Positions 49,256-58,454 of a stretch of 64,000 nt of DNA are shown here, one piece after another. Position 1 is the first letter of the stretch, and each line of letters opens with the position of its first letter. The stretch comes from Dehalococcoidia bacterium. GTDB lineage: Bacteria > Chloroflexota > Dehalococcoidia > Lucifugimonadales > Australimonadaceae. Location of the stretch: contig OY764542.1 in the NCBI GenBank assembly GCA_963668465.1, positions 1,844,363 through 1,908,362 on the forward strand, written 5' to 3'. A program made the translations under genes and the position numbers. Below the pieces are notes generated by a model. The model had not been told where the DNA came from. It saw only the letters and a program-made list of their open reading frames with translations, and made no database searches.

Positions 49256-50368
49256 ATGAACCGAGCAACACGCGCCATCACCTCCTTCGGGCTCGCCATC
49301 GGCCTGCTGGCTGCGTGCGCCTCCCCAACCCCCACACCAACACCAACCGCCACTCCTGTGCCGACTCCCACCCCGACCGCCACCGCAACGCCGTTCCCAC
49401 TGCCCACGCCCATACCCCTGAGCGAACTCCCGCCGGTCACGCTACCCGCCGACGAGTCGCCGCACACCTACCTGGTCGAGTGGTGGTATTTCAACGCGCA
49501 CTTCACGTCGGAGGAGCAGGAGCGCTACGCCCTGCACGACGTCGTCTTCCGCATCCGCGAGCCGTCCACCGGCGTCGCGGCCCACGTCCGGCACATCGGG
49601 CTTGGCGGTGGGGCCACAGGCTACGCCGATGCCGAACTCTTCGAGATTGCCGCTCCCGTCGAGACCACGCCGGGAGACTTCGACCTCGCGGTGGGGGGCA
49701 CGCTCATGTCCGGCGTCGGCGGCGAGTCCTATACGCTGCGCGCCGAGGCAGGTGGCTACGCTTACGACCTCGCCCTCCACTCAACGACTGAACCGCTGTT
49801 GCACCAGGGTGGGCTCGTCGACTTCGACTACGCGGGCGTGACCTACTACTACACGCGCCCGCGCCTCGCCCTGAGCGGGACCCTTACGCTCCCAGACGGC
49901 TCGACCACGAGTGTTACTGGCATGGCGTGGCTCGACAAGCAGTGGGGCGATTTCCAGCCCGTCGCCGTCGAGTGGGACTGGGCCAGCATCCAGCTGGACG
50001 ACGGCACCGACCTCATGATCTCCAGCCTCTACGACCGCGAGGGCCCGCTCATCGAGCGCTACGCAACGCTCCGAAGGCCGGGCCAGCCCGCACGGACGCT
50101 CCTCGCAGACGAGGTCTCGTTCACCCCCGGCGAGCCGGTCTGGCGCAGCCCCGTCACCGAGACGGCCTACCGCACGCACTGGAACGTGGAAGTGCCCGCC
50201 GAGGGGCTCTCTCTGGCGCTGCGCCCGCTCGAGGAGGAGTCCGAGTACCGCAGCGGGACGATCGGCGTCACCTACTGGGAGGCGGGCGTCGACGTGCTCG
50301 ACCCGTCCGGCGAGGTCATCGGCCAGGGATTCGTCGAACTCAACTGGGCGCGAGGCCGCGAGCGCTGA
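49256..50368 (+). CDS. Lipoprotein with AttH/CrtC-like (hydroxyneurosporene-synthase-like) lipocalin domain
   Basis: Lipobox 'LAAC' and a PT linker. 'EWWYFNAHF' and 'WLDKQWGDF' are typical of the family. From memory only. Confidence 0.55.
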   Translation: MNRATRAITSFGLAIGLLAACASPTPTPTPTATPVPTPTPTATATPFPLPTPIPLSELPPVTLPADESPHTYLVEWWYFNAHFTSEEQERYALHDVVFRIREPSTGVAAHVRHIGLGGGATGYADAELFEIAAPVETTPGDFDLAVGGTLMSGVGGESYTLRAEAGGYAYDLALHSTTEPLLHQGGLVDFDYAGVTYYYTRPRLALSGTLTLPDGSTTSVTGMAWLDKQWGDFQPVAVEWDWASIQLDDGTDLMISSLYDREGPLIERYATLRRPGQPARTLLADEVSFTPGEPVWRSPVTETAYRTHWNVEVPAEGLSLALRPLEEESEYRSGTIGVTYWEAGVDVLDPSGEVIGQGFVELNWARGRER

Positions 50369-50391
50369 AGTCCTGCGCATTGGGGCGTTTT

Positions 50392-50421
50392 CCGGTGTAG
50401 GGGCGCCCCTTGTGGGTGCCC
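50392..50421 (+). repeat. Repeat family 5 (ccggtgtaggggcNcccttgtgggtgccc)
   Basis: A second copy is at 58181-58210. Confidence 0.75.
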
Positions 50422-50427
50422 TTCGGG

Positions 50428-50775
50428 CTACCCCCGCCTACGCGGTTTCCGCCCCTTCGAAGCGCCCGCACTCTCCTCCAACGACGCGAGCAGCGCCAGC
50501 CCCTCCTGCGTCGGAGCGTACGCGTACACGGCATACGCAGCGGTCACCCGCTCCACGAACCCGCCATCCAGCAGGCCGCGCAGCGCGGTCTCGCCGAGGT
50601 ACGGAGGCAGCCGCAGCAGGTGGTCGGACACCGGCGCGTTGCGCGCGGCGTACTGCTCAGCCACGAGGCGTAGCAGGCGCAGCGGATAGGTGCGCACCTC
50701 GTCGGCGAGGTTGCGCAGCGGGCCCGTCGCCGCGAGTACGTCCTCGGCTGCGCGGACGCGCTCTTTCTGCGTCAT
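50428..50775 (-). CDS. Hypothetical protein, translationally coupled to pyrD
   Basis: Its ATG at 50775 overlaps the pyrD TGA as ATGA. It has a basic C-terminal tail 'KGRKPRRRG'. Confidence 0.5.
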   Translation of the reverse strand: MTQKERVRAAEDVLAATGPLRNLADEVRTYPLRLLRLVAEQYAARNAPVSDHLLRLPPYLGETALRGLLDGGFVERVTAAYAVYAYAPTQEGLALLASLEESAGASKGRKPRRRG

Positions 50776-51725
50776 CGCCACCCCTCCGGCGGCTGTGTCC
50801 GCAGGCCGCTGCATATCTCCTCGACGAGCCCCGGCCCTTGGAACACGAGCGCGGTGTACAGCTGCACGGTGTCGGCTCCGGCCTCCAGCGCCGCGCGGGC
50901 GTCGTCCGCGGAGGCGATGCCCCCGCAGGCGTTCAGTCCCACCTCGCTCCCCAGTTCGGCGCGTATGTCGGGCAGCATCGCCAGCATGTTTCCCAGTATC
51001 GCACGCCCGCTCAGCCCGCCGCGTCCGGTCGCGAGACGCTCGTCCTCCACGGGGATCGTGTTCGCCGCCGTCACCGCGTCCACGCCCGCTTCACGGCACA
51101 CGCGAACGAGCGCAAGTATCTGCTCGCGCTCCGCGTCGTTCGTCCACGGAGGTATCTTCACGAAGAGCGGCTTCAGCCGCACCGCATTGAGCCCGCTCAG
51201 CAGGCCCCGTAACGCTTCCGGTTCGTGGAAGCGGCGCAGCCCCGCCGTGTTCGGTGAGCTGATGTTCACCTCGACGCCGTCCACGAGCGGCTGCAGCCGC
51301 TCGGCGCACTCTGCGGTCTCCTCTTCGTCGAGCGCGGCGATGCTCACGAGCACGCGGGCGGGCATCCGGCGCAGTCGCTCCAGTCGCCCCAGCGCGGCGT
51401 CCATGCCGTCGCCGGGGAACCCGAGCGCGTTGATCGCGGACTCCTCTTTGGCGAGCCGCAGCACGCGCGGTTTCGGGTTGCCGGGCCGCGGCAGCGCCGT
51501 CACGGTGCCGCCGACCACGTACCCGAACCCGAGCGCGGCGAGGCTGTCGAGGCTGGCGCAGTGCTTGTCGAGTCCCGCCGCGAGCCCCACCGGATTGCGG
51601 AGTGCGATGCCGCCCACCGAAGCGGGCAGGCTCACCTCGCCGGACGACGGCCCGAGCATGCGCCACACTGGGCGCACGCCAAGCGCACGCGTGCCTGCGT
51701 TGATGGCGGTTTCCGGAGGGAGCAT
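50772..51725 (-). CDS. pyrD: Dihydroorotate dehydrogenase (class 2-like)
   Basis: 'NPVGLAAGLDK', 'GNPKPRVLRL...SAINALGF' and 'GGIASADDA'. Confidence 0.85.
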   Translation of the reverse strand: MLPPETAINAGTRALGVRPVWRMLGPSSGEVSLPASVGGIALRNPVGLAAGLDKHCASLDSLAALGFGYVVGGTVTALPRPGNPKPRVLRLAKEESAINALGFPGDGMDAALGRLERLRRMPARVLVSIAALDEEETAECAERLQPLVDGVEVNISSPNTAGLRRFHEPEALRGLLSGLNAVRLKPLFVKIPPWTNDAEREQILALVRVCREAGVDAVTAANTIPVEDERLATGRGGLSGRAILGNMLAMLPDIRAELGSEVGLNACGGIASADDARAALEAGADTVQLYTALVFQGPGLVEEICSGLRTQPPEGWR

Positions 51726-51815
51726 GAACAGCAGCGGCCTGACGACACGGCGGTAAGCGGCTCCCCAGAGGAGCCGACGAACGCGCTTGCGTAAGGAACC
51801 GAACAGTGCTGTGAC

Positions 51816-52613
51816 CTAGAACTTGACCTTGCTGATCTTGTAGCGGCGCGCGCCCTTGGGAGTCTGGACGCTCACCTGGGCGCCCTCGCCCCGGCCCGCG
51901 ATGGCAGCGCCGACAGGCGAAGAGACGGATATCTTGAAGGAGATCGGGTCTGCCTCCATCGTGTCGACGATTGTGTAGGTAACGTCCTTGCCGCTGTCCA
52001 GGTCGTGCAGGGTAACGGCAGCGCCGACGCCGACGCCGGAGCCGACTCTCCTGTCGATGATCTCGGCTCGGCGTATCTCCTCTTCGAGGTCGCGGATGCG
52101 GGCTTCGATCTTGCCCTGCTCCTCGCGGGCCGCGTCGAGCGGCGCGTTCTCGCGGAAGTCCTTGTCCGCGGCAGCGATCCGGATGGCCTCAACGATCTCG
52201 GGGCGCTGCCCCTTCAGGTCCGCCAGTTCCTTCTTGCGCGCTTCCAGTCCGCTCTCCGTCATCTCCATCGTCTGGAACGCCAGGCGAGTCGATGCAACGG
52301 CGGTTCCGCCTCTGATGCTCGGCCTCGGGATCTTCACGTGCGTGGAGAGGTTCTCCGTGTGGAGCCCCTTCTTGCTGAGGTACGTGAGGAACTCCTTCAC
52401 CGGGCGCAGGCGGGCGTGAACGTCGCCGCCGTTGGCGACCTCCCGCTCGGCGTACCCCGCGACGTGTGGAGCTCTCAGTTGGTCGACGGAGCGTTCCGAC
52501 CCGCTCTGATCGCGCATGGCGCGCGCGAAGCGGTGGAGCTCCTGGTGTGCGTAAGAATCGAGTTTGTGTGCGCGTTCCGACAGATAGCGCGTGAGCGCAT
52601 TACCGATATCCAA
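51816..52613 (-). CDS. greA: Transcription elongation factor GreA with about 115-aa N-terminal extension (integrase SAM-like/core-binding-like)
   Basis: The canonical GreA runs from MEMTESG (ATG 52268) to 51816. The frame stays open upstream to TTG 52613, which is preceded by GGGAGAGGGG. No SD precedes ATG 52268. Confidence 0.7.
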   Translation of the reverse strand: MDIGNALTRYLSERAHKLDSYAHQELHRFARAMRDQSGSERSVDQLRAPHVAGYAEREVANGGDVHARLRPVKEFLTYLSKKGLHTENLSTHVKIPRPSIRGGTAVASTRLAFQTMEMTESGLEARKKELADLKGQRPEIVEAIRIAAADKDFRENAPLDAAREEQGKIEARIRDLEEEIRRAEIIDRRVGSGVGVGAAVTLHDLDSGKDVTYTIVDTMEADPISFKISVSSPVGAAIAGRGEGAQVSVQTPKGARRYKISKVKF

Positions 52614-52750
52614 GGTTGGACCCCTCTCCCTGCACCTGTTCCCGCGGCAGCAGCGGTACGGCACTCCTGCGATTCTACGGGCGGCCAAGAGGAGCGTCAA
52701 CGTAACGGGGGTGCGGAGCAAACATCTCCTTCTGGTGCTTCCGTACCCGT

Positions 52751-52780
52751 TTGACGCTTGCGCGCCCCTCCCGCTACCAT
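52751..52780 (+). promoter_or_regulatory. Candidate ileS promoter TTGACG-18-TACCAT
   Basis: The hexamers are read directly, about 20 nt upstream of the T-box leader. Confidence 0.35.
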
Positions 52781-52799
52781 CGAACGACAGGCTGCGACG

Positions 52800-53082
52800 G
52801 AGACGAGTACGCAGGCCACCGCGCGCAGAGCGAGCCGGGTACGGTGCGAGCCGGTGCGCGCGACCTGCCGAACATCCCTCCCGAGCCGCCGCCCGAACAT
52901 TCCCCGCACGGGGAACCAGTAGGCGCGGACGGGCAGTCCGCCCGTTACAGCGGCAGCCTTCCGCCCGCATCCGTGCGCGGCGTGAGGTGATGAGTGCCCG
53001 TGCGCCAGGAGGCGCATCGGGAATGGTGGTGGTACCACGGCAACGTCCGTCCGCCGGTGAGCGGATGGGCGTTTTCTTTTTG
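52800..53082 (+). promoter_or_regulatory. T-box riboswitch leader (Ile) with intrinsic terminator
   Basis: T-box sequence 'aatggtggtggtaccacgg' at 53022-53040. Terminator stem gtccgtccgc/gcggatgggc (53045-53070) is followed by gttttcttttt. Upstream are AGTA (52806), AGAG and GGTGCGAG. An AUC triplet sits at 52874-52876 in 'GAACAUCC'. Confidence 0.7.
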
Positions 53083-53096
53083 CAGAACGGAGGAGC

Positions 53097-56000
53097 ATGA
53101 CTGGCAACGCGAAGAAACGGTATGAACCCGTCTCCAGCAAGGTGGACTTCCCGCAGCTGGAGACCTCGGTCCTCGAAGCATGGCGCGAGGCCGACCTGAC
53201 GCACCGCGTCGACCGCGAGCGCGCGGACGCCCCGCTGTTCGTCTTCTACGAAGGCCCGCCGACGGCGAACGGCAGCCCCGGCATCCACCACGTCCTCTCG
53301 CGCTCGTTCAAGGACGTCATCCTCCGCTACAAGACCATGCGCGGCTTCCGGCCCCTGCGCCGCGGCGGATGGGACACCCACGGCCTGCCCGTCGAGCTGG
53401 AGATCGAGAAGGAGCTCGGCCTCTCCAGTAAGCAGGAGATCGAGGAGTTCGGCATCGAGGAGTTCAACCGACGCTGCCGCGAGAGCGTCTTCCGCTACGT
53501 CGGCGAATGGGAGGCCATGACCGACCGCGCCGGCGTCTGGCTGGACATGGAGAACGCCTACGTCACCTACCACAACTCCTACATCGAATCAGCATGGTGG
53601 GTGTTCAAACGCCTCTGGGACAAGGGCCTCGTCTACGAAGGCTACAAGGTGACGCCCCACTGTCCCCGCTGCGTCACGAGCCTCAGCTCCCACGAGGTCG
53701 CCCTCGGCTACCAGGAGGACACGCCCGACCCCAGCATCTACATCCGCTTCCCCGCGAAGGAAGCGCAGTCCATGTCTTACGGCGCGTCGTCCTCTGCTCT
53801 GGCGGCTCTCGGCTACGACGGCGAACGATGGACCGCGCCCCGCCCCGCCTTCATCGCCTGGACGACCACCCCATGGACGCTCACCGCGAACTGCGCGCTC
53901 GCTGTCGGCCCTGAAGTGACTTACGTCCTGTCGGAGAACGACGACGGCGAACGCGCCATCGTCGCCGAAGCCCTCGCGGCGTCCGTCCTCGGCGACGGCT
54001 GGCGCGAGGTCGCACGCTGCACCGGCGCCGACCTCGTCGGCATCGAATACGACGCCCCTTACGGCGCGTTTCTCTCCCAGCGAGGCCACGCCCACCGCGT
54101 GCTCCCCGCCGACTACGTATCGACCGCCGACGGCACCGGCATCGTGCACAGCGCGGTCGCCTACGGAGCCGAAGACGCCGAGCTCGGCAGGGCGCACGGC
54201 ATCGAGACCGTCCACACGGTCGACGTCCACGGCGTGCTCGCCGACGGCTTCCCGGCGGTGGAACGTTCGTGAAGGACGGCGACAAGCAGCTCATCCGCGA
54301 CCTCGACGAGCGCGGCCTGCTCTTCCACGACGCCTCGCCCTACAAGCACACCTACCCCTTCTGCTGGCGCTGCGGCACGCCCCTCCTCTACTACGCCAAG
54401 ACGTCCTGGTACATCCGCACGACCGCGATGAAGGACGAGATGCTCGCGGGCAATCGGGGCATCGAGTGGGTGCCGGAGCACATAAAGGAGGGCCGCTTCG
54501 GTGAGTGGCTGCGCAACAACGTCGACTGGTCGGTCTCGCGCGAGCGCTACTGGGGCACGCCCATCCCCATCTGGCGCTGCGCCGAAGACCCGCAGCACAT
54601 CGTCGTCGCGGGCTCGACCGCCGACCTCGCGGAGCGCGTCACCGACGAGACGCGCGGCCTGCTCGACGGCCTCGACCTGCACCGCCCGTACGTCGACCGC
54701 GTCACGCTCCGCTGCGACGAACCCGGCTGCGGCGGCACGATGCAGCGCGTCACGGAGGTCGCCGACGCCTGGTACGACTCCGGCGCGATGCCGTTCGCGC
54801 AGTGGGCATACCCCGTCACCGTGCCGGGGCCTCACGGCGAGGAGGTCACGCTCAACAGCGTGGACGACCTCATCGCCAGCCCGCTCTTCCCGGCCAACTA
54901 CATCACCGAGGCCGTCGACCAGACGCGAGGCTGGTTCTACAGCCTGCTCGCCCTCTCCACGCTCATCACCGGCAAGCCCTCCTACGAGAGTTGCCTCGTC
55001 CTCGGCCTCATCCTGGACGGCAAGGGCGAGAAGATGTCCAAGTCCAAGGGCAACGTCGTCGACCCCTGGACCGTGATGAACGAGCACGGCGCGGACGCCC
55101 TGCGCTGGTACCTCTTCACCGCCGCGCCCGCGGGCGACGCACGCCGCTTCTCGCCGGACCTCGTGAAAGAGACGCTCCGCCAGTTCCTCCTCACGCTCTG
55201 GAACACCTACAGCTTCTACGTCACCTACGCCAACATCGACGGCTTCGACCCCGACGCCCACGCCGAGTATTGGAAGGACGGCCGCGTGGGAGAGCCGACG
55301 CTCGCCGCGCCCCCGCCCAACGAGCTCGACCGCTGGATCGTCTCCGAGCTGAACGGCCTCGTCGCGCAGGTCGCCGACGACCTCGACTCACTCAACCCCA
55401 CCGGCGCGGGACGCCGCATCCAGGAGTTCGTGAACCTCCTCTCCAACTGGTACGTCCGCCGCAGCCGCCGCCGCTTCTGGAAGGCGGAGAACGACGACGA
55501 CAAGACGTGGGCATACGTGACGCTCTACTCCTGCCTGCTCACGCTCGACAAGCTCATCGCCCCGATGACCCCATTCGTCGCCGACGCCATCTTCGGCAAC
55601 CTCGCGCCTGCGAAGGATTCCCCCTCTCCCTCGATGGGAGAGGGCAGGGGTGAGGGTGGCTCCGGCGAGCCCCGCAGCGTCCACCTCGAAACGTACCCGG
55701 ACACCGATCCCGCCCTCACCGACGACACCCTCGACCGCGCGGTGCGCCTCGCCATGCGCATCGCCAGCCTCGGGCGCAACGCGCGCAGCAGGAGCGGCGT
55801 CAAGGTGCGCCAGCCTCTCGCCCGCGTCCTCGTCAGCCCCCGCGCCGGGGACGAGGAGCTGCTGCCGCTCATCGAGTCGCAGGTGCTCGACGAACTGAAC
55901 GTCAAGGCGATGGAGGTCGCGGAGCCAGAGTCCTTCGCCACGTTCTCCCTCAAGCCCAACCTCCCCGTGCTCGGCCCGAAGCTCGGCGCGAGCATGGGCG

Positions 56001-56506
56001 CGGCCCGGCAGGCCATCGCCGACGCGGACGCCGCTGCGGTCGCCGCCGCCATCCGCTCCGGCCGGTACGGCGGCATCGAGATCGGCGGCTTCACGTTCGA
56101 TCCGGGCGACTTCCTCATCGAAGTGGAAGACAAGCCCGGCGTCACCGCCGCGTCCGAGGGCCCGCTGCTCGTCGGCATCGACACAACGCTCACCCCGGAA
56201 CTGGAGGCAGAAGGCACGGCCCGCGAGTTCGTCCACCGCGTCCAGAACATGCGCAAGTCCGCCGGTTTCGAGATCGAGGAGCGCATCGTCACTTACGTCG
56301 TTCCCGCCCCTCCTTCCGTCGTTCCTGCGAAGGCAGGAACCTCGCCCCCGTCCCTCCCCGACGCCCTCACCGCGCAGGAGGCCTACATCCGCCAGGAAAC
56401 CCTCAGCGACGCCCTCCACGCCGCCATCCCGCCGCCCGGCACCTACACCGAGGAGCACGACATAGACGGCGCAACACTCACCGTGGGCGTCGCTCGGGCG
56501 GGATGA
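53097..56506 (+). CDS. ileS: Isoleucyl-tRNA synthetase, interrupted by a 1-nt frameshift near 54252-54256
   Basis: ORF 53097..54272 ('PTANGSPGIHHVLSR') and ORF 54269..56506 ('KMSKS') are the two halves of IleRS. Shifting the frame by -1 at 'ttcccggcggtgg' gives a continuous '...ADGFPGGGTFVKDGDKQ...'. Confidence 0.85.
55616..55658 (+). repeat. Hairpin repeat family 2, in frame inside ileS (encodes SPSPSMGEGRGEGG)
   Basis: About 90% identical by eye to the intergenic copy at 56768-56811. Confidence 0.75.
56318..56346 (+). repeat. Hairpin repeat family 4 (gtcgttcctgcgaaggcaggaac+ctcgcc), in frame inside ileS (encodes VVPAKAGTSP)
   Basis: 29 nt identical to the 5' part of the tandem-array unit at 57915. 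Confidence 0.75.
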
Positions 56507-56767
56507 CCAAGGTCCTCCGCTGTGCCGACGCAGGCAGGGCGTTGCCCCCTGTGTGGTAGCCTCCCGCTGCCAACTCAATCTGAGACCTTGCGGTAGCCGA
56601 AGGGGCGCCACTGGCGAGTTCCTGAAGGGGAGTGCAGAGGGGTTCACCCCTGTGCCGGGGGCGTGGGGGTGTCCCCCACAAGCGTTTGGGCGGGTGGGTG
56701 GGAAGAACTACGCTCCGCCTCGCGGGCTTACGCAAGGGTCTCCGTAAGGAGCACCCATGACCACTCG

Positions 56768-56811
56768 GATTGCCCCCTCTCCCTTGATGGGAGAGGGTTG
56801 GGGTGAGGGTG
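56768..56811 (+). repeat. Hairpin repeat family 2, intergenic copy
   Basis: 'gattgccccctctcccttgatgggagagggttggggtgagggtg'. Confidence 0.75.
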
Positions 56812-56884
56812 AAACGTCCGCCCTCCCCGACGCCCCCGCCAGGCAGGAGACGCTGGGCATCGCACGTTTGGAAAGGAGCTCCCT

Positions 56885-57844
56885 ATGACCACCATCGTCA
56901 CCGGCGGCCTCGGCTTCATCGGCTCGCACACCGTCCGAGCCTTCGCCGAGGCCGGAGAGCAGGTCGTCGCCACTTCGTACGAGAACCACCGCGTGCCCTC
57001 GTTCCTGGAGCCGCACGTCGGCAAGACCGTCACCATCGAGCAGTGCGACCTCGACGAGCCGGGCTCGATCGAGGCCGTCGCCCGCAAGCACGGCGCGGAT
57101 GGCATCGTCCACCTCGCCCTACACCGGCGCGCCTCCGCCGATCCAGGCGAGGACCTCCGCATCAACATGGACAAGCTCTCCCACCTCTTCGACGGTGCGA
57201 CTGCCGCAGGCGTGCGCCGCTTCTGCTGGGGGTCCAACGGCGCGATGTTCGCGGAGCTCCCGGAAGGGCCGTTCCACGAGGAGACGCCGGTCCTGCTCAC
57301 CGGAGGCGTGAAGCCCGGCGCGTTCAAGAAGGCGTGGGAAGTGCTGGTCCACAACTACGCCAACAACTACGGGGGCGACATGGAGGTCGTCTCCATGCGC
57401 ATCAGCGGCGTCTTCGGCCCCACCTACCGCTCCATGCTCAACCTGCCGAGCCGCCTCTGCCACGCCGCGTCCCGGGGCCACGAACCGGACTTCTCCGAGC
57501 GCTTCGGCGGCGTCCCGTTCGCCGGGGATACCTTCGACATCACCTACGCGCCCGACGTCGCCGAGGCGATCCGCTCCCTCCAACAGGCGCCCTCGCTCGC
57601 GCACACCGTCTACAACATAGGCCGGGCCGAACCCGTCACCGCCGCCGACCTCCTCGACGCCGTCCGCGCCGCCAAACCCGGCTTCGACGCAACCCTCCAG
57701 GAAGGCCGCAGCCCCCGCTACCGCCCCAACGCCTGCCTCGACAACGAGCGCATCACCGCCGAGACCGGCTGGCGCCCCGCCCACACCATCCCCGCCGCCA
57801 TCGCCGACTACATCGCCTGGCTCGACTCCGGCGAAGACTTCTAG
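56885..57844 (+). CDS. NAD-dependent epimerase/dehydratase family protein
   Basis: RBS AAAGGAG and 'IVTGGLGFIGSH'. Confidence 0.75.
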   Translation: MTTIVTGGLGFIGSHTVRAFAEAGEQVVATSYENHRVPSFLEPHVGKTVTIEQCDLDEPGSIEAVARKHGADGIVHLALHRRASADPGEDLRINMDKLSHLFDGATAAGVRRFCWGSNGAMFAELPEGPFHEETPVLLTGGVKPGAFKKAWEVLVHNYANNYGGDMEVVSMRISGVFGPTYRSMLNLPSRLCHAASRGHEPDFSERFGGVPFAGDTFDITYAPDVAEAIRSLQQAPSLAHTVYNIGRAEPVTAADLLDAVRAAKPGFDATLQEGRSPRYRPNACLDNERITAETGWRPAHTIPAAIADYIAWLDSGEDF

Positions 57845-57867
57845 GCGCCGCCGCCCGCCTTACTCCC

Positions 57868-58053
57868 GTCGTTCCTGCGAAGGCAGGAACCTAGCCTGAG
57901 TGTGACCCGCTCATGTCGTTCCTGCGAAGGCAGGAACCTCGCCTGAGTGTGACCCGCTCATGTCGTTCCTGCGAAGGCAGGAACGACGCCTGAGTGTGAC
58001 CCGCTCATGTCGTTCTTGCGAAGGCAGGAACTTCGCCTGAGTGACCCGCTCAT
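57868..58053 (+). repeat. Tandem array, 4 units of 47 nt (hairpin gttcctgc-gaa-ggcaggaac plus gcctgagtgtgacccgctcat)
   Basis: Units start at 57868, 57915, 57962 and 58009. They differ mainly in 3 nt after the hairpin, and the last unit is 45 nt. The array runs into a family-3 repeat at 58045-58070. Confidence 0.85.
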
Positions 58054-58180
58054 GGTGAGCCTGTCGAACCACCCCCACCGCCCCCTTCTCCGTCATTCCC
58101 TCCCTCCCCGTCATTACCGCGAACGCGGGAATCCAGCGTGCCCGACAGGGCACACGGGGCAGGGAGGCGAGGGGCGGTGT

Positions 58181-58210
58181 CCGGTGTAGGGGCATCCCTT
58201 GTGGGTGCCC
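58181..58210 (+). repeat. Repeat family 5
   Basis: 'ccggtgtaggggcatcccttgtgggtgccc', matching 50392-50421. Confidence 0.75.
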
Positions 58211-58454
58211 AAAGCGTACCCCCTCGTCCTACATCCCGTGCTTGAACAACACGAACCGCTCATCGATCTCGAATCCCACCGACTCCCATCCCCCCAACCC
58301 CACTACTGACACCCGCCCCTTACCCCATCGCCCCCGCATCCGCTACGCTGGACGCATGACCGTCGCACAGGCAACACCTATAAGTTGCGTCTATGGCTCA
58401 CAGCCCCAGCCATCAACAGGATCTATGGCTCCGGCGCAAACTTTTGAAAACACT

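Noticed and set aside
52614-53573. Further upstream extension of the greA ORF to 53573 (585 aa)
   Set aside because: This part crosses the ileS promoter, T-box leader and ileS 5' end on the opposite strand. It has Arg/Ala-rich shadow composition.
57868-58053. Possible CRISPR array (regularly spaced palindromic repeat)
   Set aside because: The period is only 47 nt and the inter-hairpin segments are nearly identical to each other, so there are no unique spacers. No cas genes are nearby. The same hairpin occurs singly inside ileS. It is a tandem repeat, not a CRISPR.
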